This document shows, piece by piece, positions 26,001 to 49,242 of a stretch of DNA of 64,000 nt. Made by a program: the position numbers and the translations under genes. The notes under the pieces were generated by a model. It saw nothing but the letters and a program-made list of their open reading frames with translations. It had not been told where the DNA came from and searched no databases. The DNA is from Phyllobates terribilis (taxonomy: Eukaryota): contig NW_027362773.1 in the NCBI RefSeq assembly GCF_046119375.1, positions 117,304,001-117,368,000 of the forward strand, read 5' to 3'. How positions within the stretch are numbered: the stretch's first letter is position 1; the number at the start of each line of letters is the position of its first letter.

Positions 26001-29000
26001 CTTTTTTTTCCTCAGTTGGCAAGCAGAGGAATGTATGAACTCCAAATGGGAGGGGGGGCGAGGGGCCGGAGATTAAAAGTCTAAAGCCAGAATTTATCTA
26101 AGGCTATATTCACACATGTTGGGTTTCGCAGCTTTTTTTGCTGCAGCTTTTTATGCAAATTTTCAGCTGTGTTTTGCAGTACCAGCAAAGTCTACGAGAA
26201 ACCAGAATTCTCTGTTCGCACATGTTGTTTTTTTGCTGCATATTTTGTGCCTTGGTTGTGTTTTTGAAAAACAGAACATGTCACTTCTTTCAGCGTTTTT
26301 TGCACCATAGCAAGTAATGGGTGGTCAAAAAAACGCAGCAAAAATGCATCAAAAAATGCACCAAAACCTGTATTTTTAACGCAGCTGTTTTCCTACCAGA
26401 GAAAAGTTAGTAGCAGATTTGCAGCAGAAAAAAAACACATGTGTGAACATAGCCTAGCAGCATTTCCCCCCTTTATTCCACGGATTAGTAAGAGTCTCAG
26501 CATCCAGAAACTGCACAATAAAAAACTTCTGATGTCTCATTATGACATACCAGAAGTTTTGTCAATTGTCTAATGTCAGCACCCAATAGTCCAGAAATTC
26601 TGATAATCCAACACTTTCATCCAACTTTAAAATTGCAAGTTAATTACAAACAAATGCATTTTGAGACTCCTGTTTTAACCATGAAGACAGCATATTTTTT
26701 ATAATCTTTTGTATAAGTTCTAGATACAAAAACAGTCCTATGTCTGAGTGAAATAACAAAAAAAAAAAAAAAAAATTAGATTCATCAGGGTTCAACATTT
26801 TACTTAAGATTTAAATAGTGAGAAGATACAAAATAGTCTTCAACATTTTAGAATTCTTAATAGTTTAGATGTGAAGAATCTGTATTTTCTTCTATATGCT
26901 TCAGTGCTGCCCTGCTATGCAGAGAATTCCCCGTACACTGGTATTATACAACCAGAAAAGTGGACGGCGGCCAACTCTGAGGGTTACACAACACACTACC
27001 TGACGGAACATTAATTAACCCTTGGAGTGACAACTCCACCCAACTCTTCACCAGCTTCAGATAGCAGGGACATGATATCCAGACAGATGCACTGCAAACA
27101 CATATATACCATATTTTTCGGACAATAAGACGCACTTTTTTCCCCCCAAATTTGGGAGGAAAATGGGGGGTGCGTCTTCTGGTCCGAATGTTGGGTACCT
27201 GCGGTGGTGGTGGAGCGGGATCTCCCTCCTTGGCGGTGGCGGCAGCAAAGGAGGAGGAGGTGAGATGCTGCGTGTGTCTGGCTGAGGGCTGCGGGTGTTT
27301 GGCTGGGGGCCAGCGCGGGTTGAACTGAATGCGGGCAGTGTCTGGCTGCGGGCCGGGGCGGTGAGCGGCGCAGGTTTCCGGTGTGCGCGGTCACTTCCTG
27401 AAGCTGTGAGCCACAGGAAAATGGCCGCCCGAGCCGGCGCATGCGCTGACTTGTAGCTCGGGCGGCCATTTTCCTGTGGCTCACAACTTCAGGAAGATGG
27501 CTGCGCACACCGGAAACCTGCGCCGCTCACCGCCCCGGCCCGCAGCCAGAGCCCTGCAAAATGACCTCCAGCAGGCCACAAATGTGCATGTGTCTGCACA
27601 AACGGTTAGAAACCGACTCCGTGAGGGTGGTATGAGGGCCCGACGTCCACAGATGGGGGTTGTGCTCACAGCCCAACACCGTGCAGAACACTTGGCATTT
27701 GCCACAGAACACCAGGATTGGCAAAGTTGCCACTGGCGCCCTGTGCTCTTCACAGATGAAAGCAGGTTCACACTGAGCACATGTGACAGACGTGACAGAG
27801 TCTGGAGACGCCGTGGAGAGCGATCTGCTGCCGCAACATTCTTCAGCATGACCGGTTTGGCAGTGAGTCAGTAATGGTGTGGGGTGGCATTTCTTTGGAG
27901 GGCCGCACAGCCCTCCACGTGCTCGCCAGAGGTAGCCTGACTGCCATTAAGTACGGAGATGAGATCCTCAGACCCCTTGTGAGACCATATGCTGGTGCGG
28001 TTGGCCCTGGGTTCCTCCTAATGCAGGACAATGCCAGACCTCATGTGGCTGGAGTGTGTCAGCAGTTCCTGCAAGATGAAGGCATTGAAGCTATGGACTG
28101 GCCCGCCCGTTCCCAAGACCTGAATCCGATTGATCACATCTGGGACATCATGTCTCGCTCCATCCACCAACGTCACGTTGCACCACAGACTGTCCAGGAG
28201 TTGGCGGATGCTTTAGTCCAGGTCTGGGAGGAGATCCCACAGGAGACCATCCGCAACCTCATCAGGAGCATGCTCAGGCGTTGTAGGGAGGTCATACAGG
28301 CACGTGGAGGCCACACACAATACTGAGCCTCATTTTGACTTGTTTTAAGGACATTACATCAAAGTTGGATCAGCCTGTAGTGTGTTTTTCCACTTTAATT
28401 TTGGGGGTGACTCCAAATCCAGGCCTCCATTGGTCAATAAATTTGATTTCCATTGATGATTTTTGTGTGATTTTGTTGTCAGCACATTCAACTTTGTACA
28501 GAACAAAGTATTCAATGAGAATATTTCATTCATTCAGATCTAGGATGTGTTATTTGAGCGTTCCCTTTATTTTTTTGAGCAGTGTATGTGTTTGACACAA
28601 TACACCCCATTGCAGATTTAGAGAATGGGGTGAGCACAATTTAATGGAATTGTCCTAATTCATAAACAAGTTTCCCCGATAGTCAGAGCATTCCACACAA
28701 AGTATCATGGAGCTGGTCCTTGTAGCACTATCCCTGCTCCACCAAACTGTACAGTCGGCACAATGCAGTCAGGCGGGTAACGTTCTCCTGGCATTCATCC
28801 ATCAGAGGCCAGATAAATAAGTGTGATCACAATGCAGAAATGCTCCGGGTTTTTCATGAGCGTTTCTGCATCTCCCTGGCAGAAAAAACACATGCGGATT
28901 GTACATGCGGATTGTACATGCTTTTTTCCTGCCAGGGACATGCGGATGTGAAGCGTTTTGCATATGTGATTTTGCATGCGGGTTGACAAGCGCTTTCAAA

Positions 29001-32000
29001 GCGATTTTTTAGCATCACTTGGAAAGTGCTTGTCAACTTGGTCACACTATATAAATCCATGTAAAAGGCATGGATTTTATATAGTGTGACCAAGTTAGTT
29101 AAAAAAAAAAAAAAGAATAAAAATGGTAAAAAATAAAAAAAAAACCATTATACTCACCTTCCGATGGCCCCCAGTCTCCTTATCCGATGCGTCCGGTTTT
29201 CCCGATGTCTCGCAGTGGTGTAAAAGGACCTTCCATGACGTCATTTAGTCATGTGATGGGTCACGCGACCGACGACGTCAGCAGTCGCCTGACCCGTCAC
29301 ATGACTAAATGACGTCATGGCAGGTCCTTTTAGACCATCGTAAGCTGCCGGGAAGCCAGGACGCCCAATAGAGGAGACCGGGGGCCATCGGTAGGTAAGT
29401 ATAATGTATATTTTTTATTTTAATTCTTTTTTTTTATTACAGGTTCTATGGTACCAGAGTCTCCTCTTCTCCAGACCCGGGTACCATCCGCACATTGAAT
29501 CGCTTAATATCTGCATGTGCACATGTAGTCATGCGGATATTAAGTGATTCAATGCAAGTCAATGGCGGTGAAAACGCCACAATTACGCAAAATAATTGGT
29601 GGTGGTGCAGATTTTTCCACAATGATAATCCGCAGCGGAAATTACCACAGCATGTGCACAGCACATGCGGATTATCATTGGGGAACATGGCAGGCCTTCT
29701 ACCAAGCATTTTTTAAGAGTTTCTGCAGCGGAATTGCCGCTGCGGAAACGCTTAAAAAACGCATAGTGGGCACACAGCCTTACACTACTCCAGAGTCTAG
29801 TGATAATGGCTTTACACCACTCCATCCAAAGCTCGGCATTGTGCTTGGTGATGTACGGCTGCATGCAGCTACTCGGCCATGAAGCTCCTGGTGGTAGCGC
29901 AGTATTTGTGCTGATGTTAATACTAGAGGAAGTCTGCTATTATGGAGTCAGCAGAGCAGAGTGCTGGTGACTTTCCTGCCCTCTGCTCCTCAGCACTCGG
30001 CCCCCTGCTCTGTAATGTTACGGGGTCTCCACTTCGTGGCTGAGTTGCTGCGGTTCCTTCCACTTCTCATTAATATCACTCACAGGTGATAGTAGTAGTA
30101 AAGGCAGACGGCATGGCAGGGGGGGGGGGGGGGGCACATGTTATACACTGAGGGAAAAAAGAGGGGCCAGATGTTATACACGAGGGGCCCGGATGTTATG
30201 CGCTAGGGGAGGAACGAGGGGCCCGGATGTTATGCGCTAGGGGAGGAACGAGGGGCCCGGATGTTATGCGCTAGGGGAGGAACGAGGGGCCCGGATGTTA
30301 TGCGCTAGGGGAGGAACGAGGGGCCCGGATGTTATGCGCTAGGGGAGGAACGAGGGGCCCGGATGTTATGCGCTAGGGGAGGAACGAGGGGCCCGGATGT
30401 TATGCGCTAGGGGAGGAACGAGGGGCCCGGATGTTATACGCTAGGGGAGGAACGAGGGGCCCGGATGTTATACGCTAGGGGAGGAACGAGGGGCCCGGAT
30501 GTTATACGCTAGGGGAGGAACAAGGTTATACACTGGTTGGTGATGGGGCCGGTGAAAAACGTGAATTCGATGCTTAGGCGGGTTCCAATATTTTTCTCCT
30601 AATAGCTCATATCTGAGCGCAGGCTGTCTACTATACTATGCACACTACCATTTTAATAAAGACTTGCTTCAGAAGTGGAGACGTTTCGCCTGCTGCACGC
30701 CGCAGTATAACATGCAGCACAGTGACTCATTCTGGACACATAGCTGGCACGCAGGGCACACATTGGCACAGCATTTTTCCTTTACCTTCCCATCGGCTCC
30801 ATGCACTTTTCCCCACTCGCTCACAACAAAGGCATCATTGACTGAGATGCAGGCGAGGACTTCCACCCCACGGGATTTCAGGTCGTCCGCCTGAGTCACG
30901 TATCCAGGCAGGTGTGTCTGGGAAAACACAAAGGATGACAACTAAACATACCAGAATGAACGCTATCGACCTGGAGGGGGCACCACTACATTCATGTTTC
31001 AACACAACAACTCTTAAATGTGGCAAAAAAAAAGTGGGCATGTTTTAAGAGGGAGAGAGTAGTCAACAGGGGCCGCCAAACTTATTAAAGGGTTAGTCTC
31101 ATGTTCTGAACAGAAGAGCACCCCTTTAACTTGATTGACAGTTCGGACCAGTGGCATCGTCGTGCTGCTAGGCCAAAAATTGCACAAAATTATTCAAAGG
31201 ATTAAAGGGAATCAGTCACCGGGTTTTTGCCATCTAATCTGAGAGCAGCATCATGTAAGGGCAGAGACCCCGATTCCTGCAATGTGTCACTTACTGAGCT
31301 ATTTGCTGTAGTTTTGATAAAATCACAGTTTTATCAGCAAGAGATTAACACTAGAGGACTACTAAACCTGCTGCCATGTAGTCCAACCCCGCCCCCACCC
31401 AAGGTTTGCAGCTTTCTGCCTATGCACAGTGTACAGAGAAAGCTGCCAATCAGTGGTGTGACCGGGGTTATACAGGGCTCAGCATTCAGAGAACTTCTAG
31501 ATCTGCAGCAAAGAAAACAGTGATTTTATCAAAACTACAGCAAGCAGCCTAGTAAGTGACATATCACTGGAATCAGGGACTCTGACCCTACATCATGCTG
31601 CTCTTAGATGGGGTAGCAAAAACCTGGTGACAGATTCCCTTTATTAATTTGGGTGCAAAGAAAATGTGTCCCACTGGGTTTCTCTGAAACAAGCCGTTTT
31701 TCATCAAGTTTTTTTAATGGCTTTTTGTGGTACACAAAAAAACACAGCATTTTTCCAGTGCACAAAGAAATTACAGGAAAAACATATGTAAAAAATGATA
31801 ATAAATAATAATACTAAAAACGCTCTAAAAAAAAAAACCTTGTCTTTTAAAATGCTCTAAATGAAGAACGACTCACATGAAACGGAAGTGATGCAACTAA
31901 AAATGTGGTAACCAATAAACACTGTCAGTTTGATGCCCCCTGCGCTGCCCGTTACTCCACTGGTTACGAAAGTTTCTTTAAGTGTCATGTTGGGCAATAA

Positions 32001-33713
32001 GAAACCAGTCAGAGCCGAGAGTCATTTCCACACCGGCCCCATAGCTGTAATTACTGCTACAGAAGTGTTGGAAAATCCCATCACAAATTATTCTCAAGAG
32101 AAATGACGGCTCTCAGGGATGTCTACGACCAATCCACAAGATAAACTGGACTGGGGTATCTGGTAACCCGAGTGCCTACGATCCTGAAATATATACAGTC
32201 GTAGGACGACCCGCCACCAGAGACCTGGACGAGACGACCCGCCACCAGAGACCCGGAGGGGACGACCCGCCACCAGAGACCTGGAGGGGAGGACTACCGA
32301 ATGAGCACCCAGGTGCACTTTTATCCATTGCATTGCTAGATCTGTGTCAGGTACTTCTCCTCTTGGAACAGACAGAACTTACCTTGGAGCACCCTGGAGT
32401 AAAAGCCCCTGGAACGCCAAACAGCACCCCTTTCTTGTTGCCGAACACATCCCTGACGCTTTTCTTGTTTGCTGGACCTCCATCAAAGATCGGCACATCC
32501 GGTAGAGCATCTCCAACCTTGAAGAGAAATCACCTATCAGACATGTCGGCTTCTTGTTCGCCTCGTTCAGCTTCTTATAGGAAAAATGGTCGGACCCCTG
32601 ACTATAATGGGCCAGGCATACCTCCACATTTGGCATTGACCCTAACATTAGAGCCCAGCATTGACCACCTGACAAAACGACAGCTTCTCGGCTGCTAACA
32701 AATTAGCAGAAGTGATTTGGAGCGGTAAAAAACAGACCTCAGTGAAGGCACGGATCGGATTTTTTAAACTGTAGAATACAAGAAAGTCATGTAGGGAATG
32801 TGGAAAAACCGGGGCGGTAATTGTGGAGCAGTGTTGTCACCAAGCCCACCCATAGATACAGAAGCCACACGTTTTGTGACCCTTAAAATCAGTGTCACAA
32901 CTGAATGTGTCTCAGACCCCTTCCACCTTATGCGTTTCGGACCCATACGATCCTACGCATTTCAGACCCCCTACGACCTAACACGTTTCAGACCCCTACG
33001 CGTTTTAGACCCCATACAACCTTACATGTTTCGGACCCCTACGACCATACTTATAGTTAAAAAAAAATAAATTTACTTATATTTTTTCCTTTTTTTGGAG
33101 CAGGATTTTTTCCTATATTTGCTGCCGGGGCCCCGCTATATACCCTCATGACCCCGTGGACACATTTGCCCTGACATTTTTTGGGTGAGCCGATGTTTTT
33201 TTTTCTCTTCTTTCCTACTAAAACAGGCGCATGTCACATCCGTATGCTTATTTAGACCAGAATTAACCTCCTCCTAAACTTTCCGCGCCGTTTTATAAAA
33301 CCTTTTCACATTTTTTAGGTAGAGATGCAATCGTACAGACGTCGCACTTCACGCCAAAGGGTCATCCGCACCCCGTCCTCTGCAAATTTACATTTTGGTG
33401 CAGAAACTAAAAATTGATGTAATAAATCGAGGAAACCATGAGCGATAAAAGCCATGGGGGGATTTCCGTGTCTTGTGGCTGAATCACTGGCACTACAGCC
33501 ATTATTACACACCAGCACTGATATATGAGCTATTATTAGCACAGCACGATATTATCAGCCCTGATAATGCGCCGCACAGACCGCATGTGCCCTAGGGTCC
33601 AATGTACACGGCGCGGTTACCTTGATAGACATGGCTCTGCTCCACACTCCGCTCCTGGCGCCTGAACGCGGCGGTGACAGGAGGAGGAATGATACGGGCA
33701 ACCGAAGAGCCAT
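19931..33713 (-). CDS. PRDX5: Peroxiredoxin-5, spliced CDS, 189 aa: join(33621-33713, 32383-32517, 30786-30917, 24929-24967, 22083-22147, 19931-20036)
   Basis: All six exons have GT-AG boundaries and join in frame; PGAFTPGCSKTHLPG peroxidatic motif, GLTCSLA resolving Cys, C-terminal SQL; head-to-head with TRMT112 as in other vertebrates. Confidence 0.97.
20241..20803 (-). mobile_element. Solo LTR in PRDX5 intron 5
   Basis: TGTCA...TGACA termini; TTGC on both flanks; reverse complement begins TGTCACGGGT.TGTCAG like 11607. Confidence 0.7.
22083..22147 (-). CDS. PRDX5: PRDX5 exon 5 (AAGLLLEKKELEDLFGNKRCK)
   Basis: CAG acceptor, GTGAAA donor, matches the PRDX5 FGN-R--R segment. Confidence 0.93.
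22969..24843 (+). mobile_element. Degenerate Tc1 transposon in PRDX5 intron 4
   Basis: TA|CAGTGCCTTGAAAAAGTATTCAT...GGCACAG|TA; decayed transposase including the AGTCCGGACCTAAATCCCATTGAGAATCTGTGG (SPDLNPIENLW) block. Confidence 0.9.
23041..23409. mobile_element. T2/Kolobok-type MITE nested in the Tc1
   Basis: TTAA|AGG...CCT|TTAA ends; long internal inverted arms. Confidence 0.85.
24929..24967 (-). CDS. PRDX5: PRDX5 exon 4 (VHMLADPCGDFAK)
   Basis: 39-nt exon, TAG acceptor, GTAATT donor. Confidence 0.95.
25388..25845. repeat. 158-bp tandem repeat (~2.6 copies) preceded by an inverted partial copy
   Basis: Unit starts at 25441, 25599 and ~25757; 25388-25440 is complementary to ~25545-25598. 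Confidence 0.75.
26102..26454. mobile_element. PIF/Harbinger-like MITE
   Basis: TAA|GGCTATATTCACACATG...CATGTGTGAACATAGCC|TAG. Confidence 0.7.
27109..27550. mobile_element. Left part of a TA-target Tc1/mariner/pogo-type MITE with a GC-rich 94-bp-arm palindrome
   Basis: TA|CCATATTTTTCGGAC.ATAAGACGCAC TIR as at 39434 and 47124; arms 27341-27434 and 27456-27550. Confidence 0.75.
27545..28584 (+). mobile_element. 5'-truncated Tc1 (same family as 17864-19176), frameshifted transposase
   Basis: FTDES, QDNARPH, DLNPIDHIW motifs; right TIR GTTCCCTTTATTTTTTTGAGCAGTG|TA. Confidence 0.93.
28820..29779. mobile_element. Harbinger-like MITE, inverted copy of 34411-35265 (left terminus degenerate)
   Basis: Ends GTGGGCACACAGCC|TTA; long reverse-complement similarity to 34411-35265. 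Confidence 0.8.
30181..30520 (+). repeat. 34-bp minisatellite, 10 copies
   Basis: CGAGGGGCCCGGATGTTATGCGCTAGGGGAGGAA; last three units read TATACG. Confidence 0.95.
30786..30917 (-). CDS. PRDX5: PRDX5 exon 3 (THLPGYVTQADDLKSRGVEVLACISVNDAFVVSEWGKVHGADGK)
   Basis: ORF track 30669-30941; CAG acceptor, GTAAAG donor. Confidence 0.97.
31206..31640. mobile_element. T2/Kolobok-type MITE in PRDX5 intron 2
   Basis: TTAA|AGGGAATCAGTCACC...GGTGACAGATTCCCT|TTAT. Confidence 0.75.
32383..32517 (-). CDS. PRDX5: PRDX5 exon 2 (VGDALPDVPIFDGGPANKKSVRDVFGNKKGVLFGVPGAFTPGCSK)
   Basis: AAG acceptor, GTAAGT donor, contains the peroxidatic Cys. Confidence 0.97.
33621..33713 (-). CDS. PRDX5: PRDX5 exon 1 coding part (MALRLPVSFLLLSPPRSGARSGVWSRAMSIK): mitochondrial leader plus second in-frame ATG at 33632
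   Basis: Arg/Ser/Leu-rich leader with no acidic residues; MSIK|GTAACC corresponds to human MAPIK|V. Confidence 0.88.
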
Positions 33714-33959
33714 GACAACTGTGGGCCGGGCCACAAAGGGGCGGCCTCATGACTCTGCTGGAGGACACGCCCACCAGACCCAAAGCGGATAGAGCGCATG
33801 CGCGTGCCTCTCACCCCCAATGCGCTTGCGCTTAGAACAGGGACGTCTACCTGCACAGTCGCTTAGCGACACGAATTGGAGGCGGAGCTACAGACGTGCG
33901 GTGACCTACGTGCCCGGAAGTAATTGAAGTGTGAAGCACGTGGGTGCCGGTACCGGAGG
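33714..33959. promoter_or_regulatory. PRDX5/TRMT112 bidirectional CpG-island promoter
   Basis: 246 bp between the ATGs; NRF1 GCGCATGCGC 33794-33803, ETS/GABP CCGGAAGT 33914-33921, GC boxes, E-box CACGTG 33937-33942. Confidence 0.85.
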
Positions 33960-47625
<13,666 letters not shown>

Positions 47626-47687
47626 CAAGCCATCGTCTTTCCCGGCCTGTAAATATCACCCCACCACCCTTTGTTCTGTCTGTTCTT

Positions 47688-47693
47688 ATTAAA
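47688..47693 (+). promoter_or_regulatory. TRMT112: Probable TRMT112 polyadenylation signal (ATTAAA)
   Basis: ~60 nt after the stop codon, followed by T/G-rich sequence. Confidence 0.55.
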
Positions 47694-49086
47694 CGCTGTT
47701 ACCTGTTGGACATCTTGCGTCTTTTCTGCCCCAAAGCCTTTTGTATTTGTCTTGAGGACTGTTAAATATACAAAATAAGTATATTTATTTATTCAGGACT
47801 TCTTACAAGATGCGATACTTACAAATACAGACTGCAACACTTGGGATTGTGTGGGGGTCTCCTAAACGGATTTTGACAGTCTCATACATGCCTACGAGGC
47901 TACCAAGTTAAGGTCAATAGACCCACGGCTAGTCTTTGCATTGTGGTCCGTACTTAGACCATGTTTCATGGACGTCTGAATGAGGCTTAAATTGTATACC
48001 CAAATGATCGGCACAAAACATGAAATCTCCCTGATGTTTATTGCAGTTCAGGCCCATAAGAGCCTTAATAAGTCTTTTTATATTTATATAAGCCATGAGG
48101 TATATTACATATGCACATTATTCTATAGGCTATGTACAGTAGAGAGCACCCACAAGTACTAGGGTAACCAGCCAAAATACAGAGGTGTGACCACATGGAG
48201 GACAAAATGTACTAACCATCGAGACAGAAATAGCAGTACTCCAGGGACTGTAGCAAGAACACTAGAAGCGCAGGACAGCAGAATGTAGTGTAGCTGCAAG
48301 GGAAGGCAATACAACACTAGACCAAAAGACTAGGTCCCCTCCAATACTGCAGGATGTAGGTACCTCGCCGGCATATATTCTGTCTTCTAGCTGTGGAAAA
48401 AATGTCCCTTATATAGTAAATGAAGTAAAAGGCTGAGTTTATGTACCAAGATACCAGAACTGCCCAATATATTCCCTAAGCATGTGGGTAACCTAGTATC
48501 TGACATAAGACATAGCTCATCGTTTTGTCTGCATATATCACTTCCTATATATTGAACGGTAATTGACACTTTGCCCTAATATCATCGGAAAAATTCATAG
48601 AACACATTGACTAATACTGGTGCAGTCTGGAGAGGAGTAGGTAGTAAAAGTAATGTGGACTAAGTAAAAATGCACGTAAGGGAAAGATCGGTGATCCTTT
48701 GGTTAATGAACAGTTATGATACTGACAGACATACCTTTTGCTCTGCTTTTCATACGTGTGATCTGAAGATATAACATGGCGAAGGTAATCAAGAAAATGC
48801 TCCACAAATTAACATGGGTCTGACTTGGGCTTTTCTTTTTCCCCAAAAGATCAAAAGCCAAGCCAAGCATGGTTTCACTCGAGAACTCATTCATACTATT
48901 GGACCATGTTTATACACCAAGGGTTTTAAAGGCTATTAGGGGCTCATTCAGAAATCAATTTTTCTCATACAGGTACTATTTGTGATTTTCATGGATAGCA
49001 CTCGTACCTATGATAGTCTATGGGGTGGTCCATATGTCTGATATTTTCTTTTTTTTCCCCCGGACTGAGTGGTCTGCACAAAAACG

Positions 49087-49242
49087 CAGAAACTTGTCCA
49101 ATATTGATCTGAGTGTCAGATCAAAGTCACCAGTGCAACAGAAACTTGTCCAATATTGATCTGAGTGTCAGATCAAAGTCACCAGTGCAACAGAAACTTG
49201 TCCAATATTGATCTGAGTGTCAGATCAAAGTCACCAGTGCAA
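49087..49242 (+). repeat. 52-bp unit, three identical copies
   Basis: CAGAAACTTGTCCAATATTGATCTGAGTGTCAGATCAAAGTCACCAGTGCAA at 49087, 49139 and 49191. Confidence 0.95.

Noticed and set aside
30181-30520. CRISPR-like reading of the 34-bp array
   Set aside because: Head-to-tail units with no spacers; an ordinary minisatellite
33592-33856. ORF-track products at the PRDX5 5' end (MGLVGV..., MQVDVP...) as the PRDX5 N-terminus
   Set aside because: They are out of frame with MSIK and exon 2; the in-frame leader starts at 33713
47908-47916. TTAAGGTCA matching the ERR response element TNAAGGTCA
   Set aside because: An 8-base match is expected about twice by chance in 64 kb on two strands; no supporting context
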